The notes under the pieces are model-generated. The model was given only the letters and a program-made list of their open reading frames with translations. It did not search any database and was not told the origin of the DNA. 64,000 bases of DNA, taken from positions 152,391-216,390 of the IMG/VR virus record IMGVR_UViG_3300019378_000951; one strand, 5' to 3'. Shown in pieces: positions 62,611 through 64,000 of the stretch; within the stretch, counting starts at the first letter, position 1, and every line of letters starts with the position of its first letter. Origin of the DNA: a virus (lineage: Duplodnaviria; Caudoviricetes). Made by a program: the position numbers and the translations under genes.

Positions 62611-62685
62611 ATATAGTATGTTTGGGTTTTCATCCCAAACATACTATTATAATATAATAAGATATTAAATAAAGGGGGGTTTTTA

Positions 62686-64000
62686 ATGGCGGATAGTATT
62701 TTTGATTTACCTGAAAACCGAGACGGTAAACTTGAAAATTTAGGAATTCCTTCAAATAAAACTAGAAATAATCAAACTACGGCTGCTGATTTTGATGTAT
62801 ATTATGATTTATCTAAATCCATGTATACTAAAAATGCAGTTAATAAAACTTTCGCTTATAGATCACAAAGAGATAGTTTTGAATTTCAAAATATGTTTAG
62901 CGGTCTAGTTCAATCTATGTTATCTAAAGAAATGATGTTAAGTTTAGCTAATAACAATAAAATAGAAGAAGTAATAGAAAAAGCTCACGATCAAAATACA
63001 GATTTATTAATATGCGGTAAATTAGGTATTGAACCACCTATGATAGTTACAGCATGTGATAATATGTCTACAGCTGAAGGAGTTTTAGTAAGATTTTGTA
63101 CTCCAAAAGGCGATAATTTTATTACATTTAACAGAGAATATGTTGGCGGCATTATGCGAAGTGTTGCTAAAGGCCTATATATTGATGGTGAATATATTAT
63201 TAACTTTGATGGAAGATTGCGAAAATCGCCACTAATAGATGATATTTTGAATAATATGGTAAGAAAAAAAGAAATATTTGATATTAATGATAATATTTTA
63301 AATAAACATATAAAATATATTATGTATAAACCTGGAACTCGTTTAGATAATCATATTAAAAATATTATAACTGAAGATGATAAATTTATTCATGTAACAG
63401 AAGAAGAAAAAAAAATTTGGAATAGTAAATATTATAAACCAGCAAACGGCATTCCTAAAGAAGATTTAGAAAAAAATCTTAGTAATGAAATCGATGTTGC
63501 ATATAAACATGCTTTAACTTCTTCATTACATGTAAGTGTTCAAGATAGACGCTCATGGGACAATAAATTTGATTTGCCACCAACAGGAATTGATCAATAC
63601 CATTTATCATTAAAATTACAAGATAAAATAAATAATATGGTAATATGGAATCAACTAATAGATATTGAAGAAGGAAAAATAAAAAAAGATCTTTTACCAG
63701 ATATGGATCTTGATATAGATTTTGATAAATATCTAGAACGAGAAATATATGAAAAATTTTTAGAAGAAGAATGGAAACCACATTCAAACCCAGCTAATAT
63801 AAGACATGTTTTAGATGGAGAAAGAGATGTATGGAATGGTAAATACCATAAACCTGATGATGGCATACCTGAAACTGATTTACAAAAAGAATTAGCTGAT
63901 AAAATAAATAAAGCTGTTCAATCAGATTATCTTTTTAATTATTATTATAATGGTGATATTAAAATAAAAGATAAATTTTTACCTGTTGAGCTAGGTTCAA
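62686..64000 (+). CDS. Tail fibre/baseplate-type protein, 3'-partial
   Basis: ATG after SD aaagggggg; frame open to the window end (MADSIFDLPENRDG...); three HVxxxEKxxWNxK-YxKPxxGIP-type repeats. Confidence 0.7.
   Translation, partial: MADSIFDLPENRDGKLENLGIPSNKTRNNQTTAADFDVYYDLSKSMYTKNAVNKTFAYRSQRDSFEFQNMFSGLVQSMLSKEMMLSLANNNKIEEVIEKAHDQNTDLLICGKLGIEPPMIVTACDNMSTAEGVLVRFCTPKGDNFITFNREYVGGIMRSVAKGLYIDGEYIINFDGRLRKSPLIDDILNNMVRKKEIFDINDNILNKHIKYIMYKPGTRLDNHIKNIITEDDKFIHVTEEEKKIWNSKYYKPANGIPKEDLEKNLSNEIDVAYKHALTSSLHVSVQDRRSWDNKFDLPPTGIDQYHLSLKLQDKINNMVIWNQLIDIEEGKIKKDLLPDMDLDIDFDKYLEREIYEKFLEEEWKPHSNPANIRHVLDGERDVWNGKYHKPDDGIPETDLQKELADKINKAVQSDYLFNYYYNGDIKIKDKFLPVELGS

Noticed and set aside
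1-64000. Alternative genetic code (stop reassignment) to explain split genes
   Set aside because: Coding density is high under code 11, and every split gene is explained by a group I intron.

Overview
Very AT-rich window from a jumbo phage of the AR9/PBS1-phiKZ type. Codon style and host-like genes suggest a clostridial/Firmicute host (inference). It encodes an SF2 helicase, a full ClpC split by two near-identical group I introns (each with a LAGLIDADG ORF), ClpP, an M18 aminopeptidase, dCMP deaminase, RusA, an HU-like protein and a CaCA antiporter. It also encodes a split RNA polymerase beta' N-terminal subunit (DFDGD) interrupted by a third endonuclease-carrying group I intron. A structural block holds four giant paralogues, each ending in a different peptidoglycan-hydrolase domain, followed by a gene with a 203-nt ORF-less group I intron. 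Two promoter classes recur: TATA(T/C)TAT before non-structural genes, and AACA-N6-TA (the AR9 late consensus) mostly before structural genes. The most striking unexplained signal is that at least 11 small proteins, some with unrelated bodies, end in the same C-terminal motif, hydrophobic-x-[RK]-x-hydrophobic-[VI]-[DE]-x-x-[LI]-stop. My hypothesis is a portable docking or degron tag, possibly for the phage ClpCP protease. No tRNA, rRNA or CRISPR array was seen. All calls come from motif reading by eye; no database searches were run.
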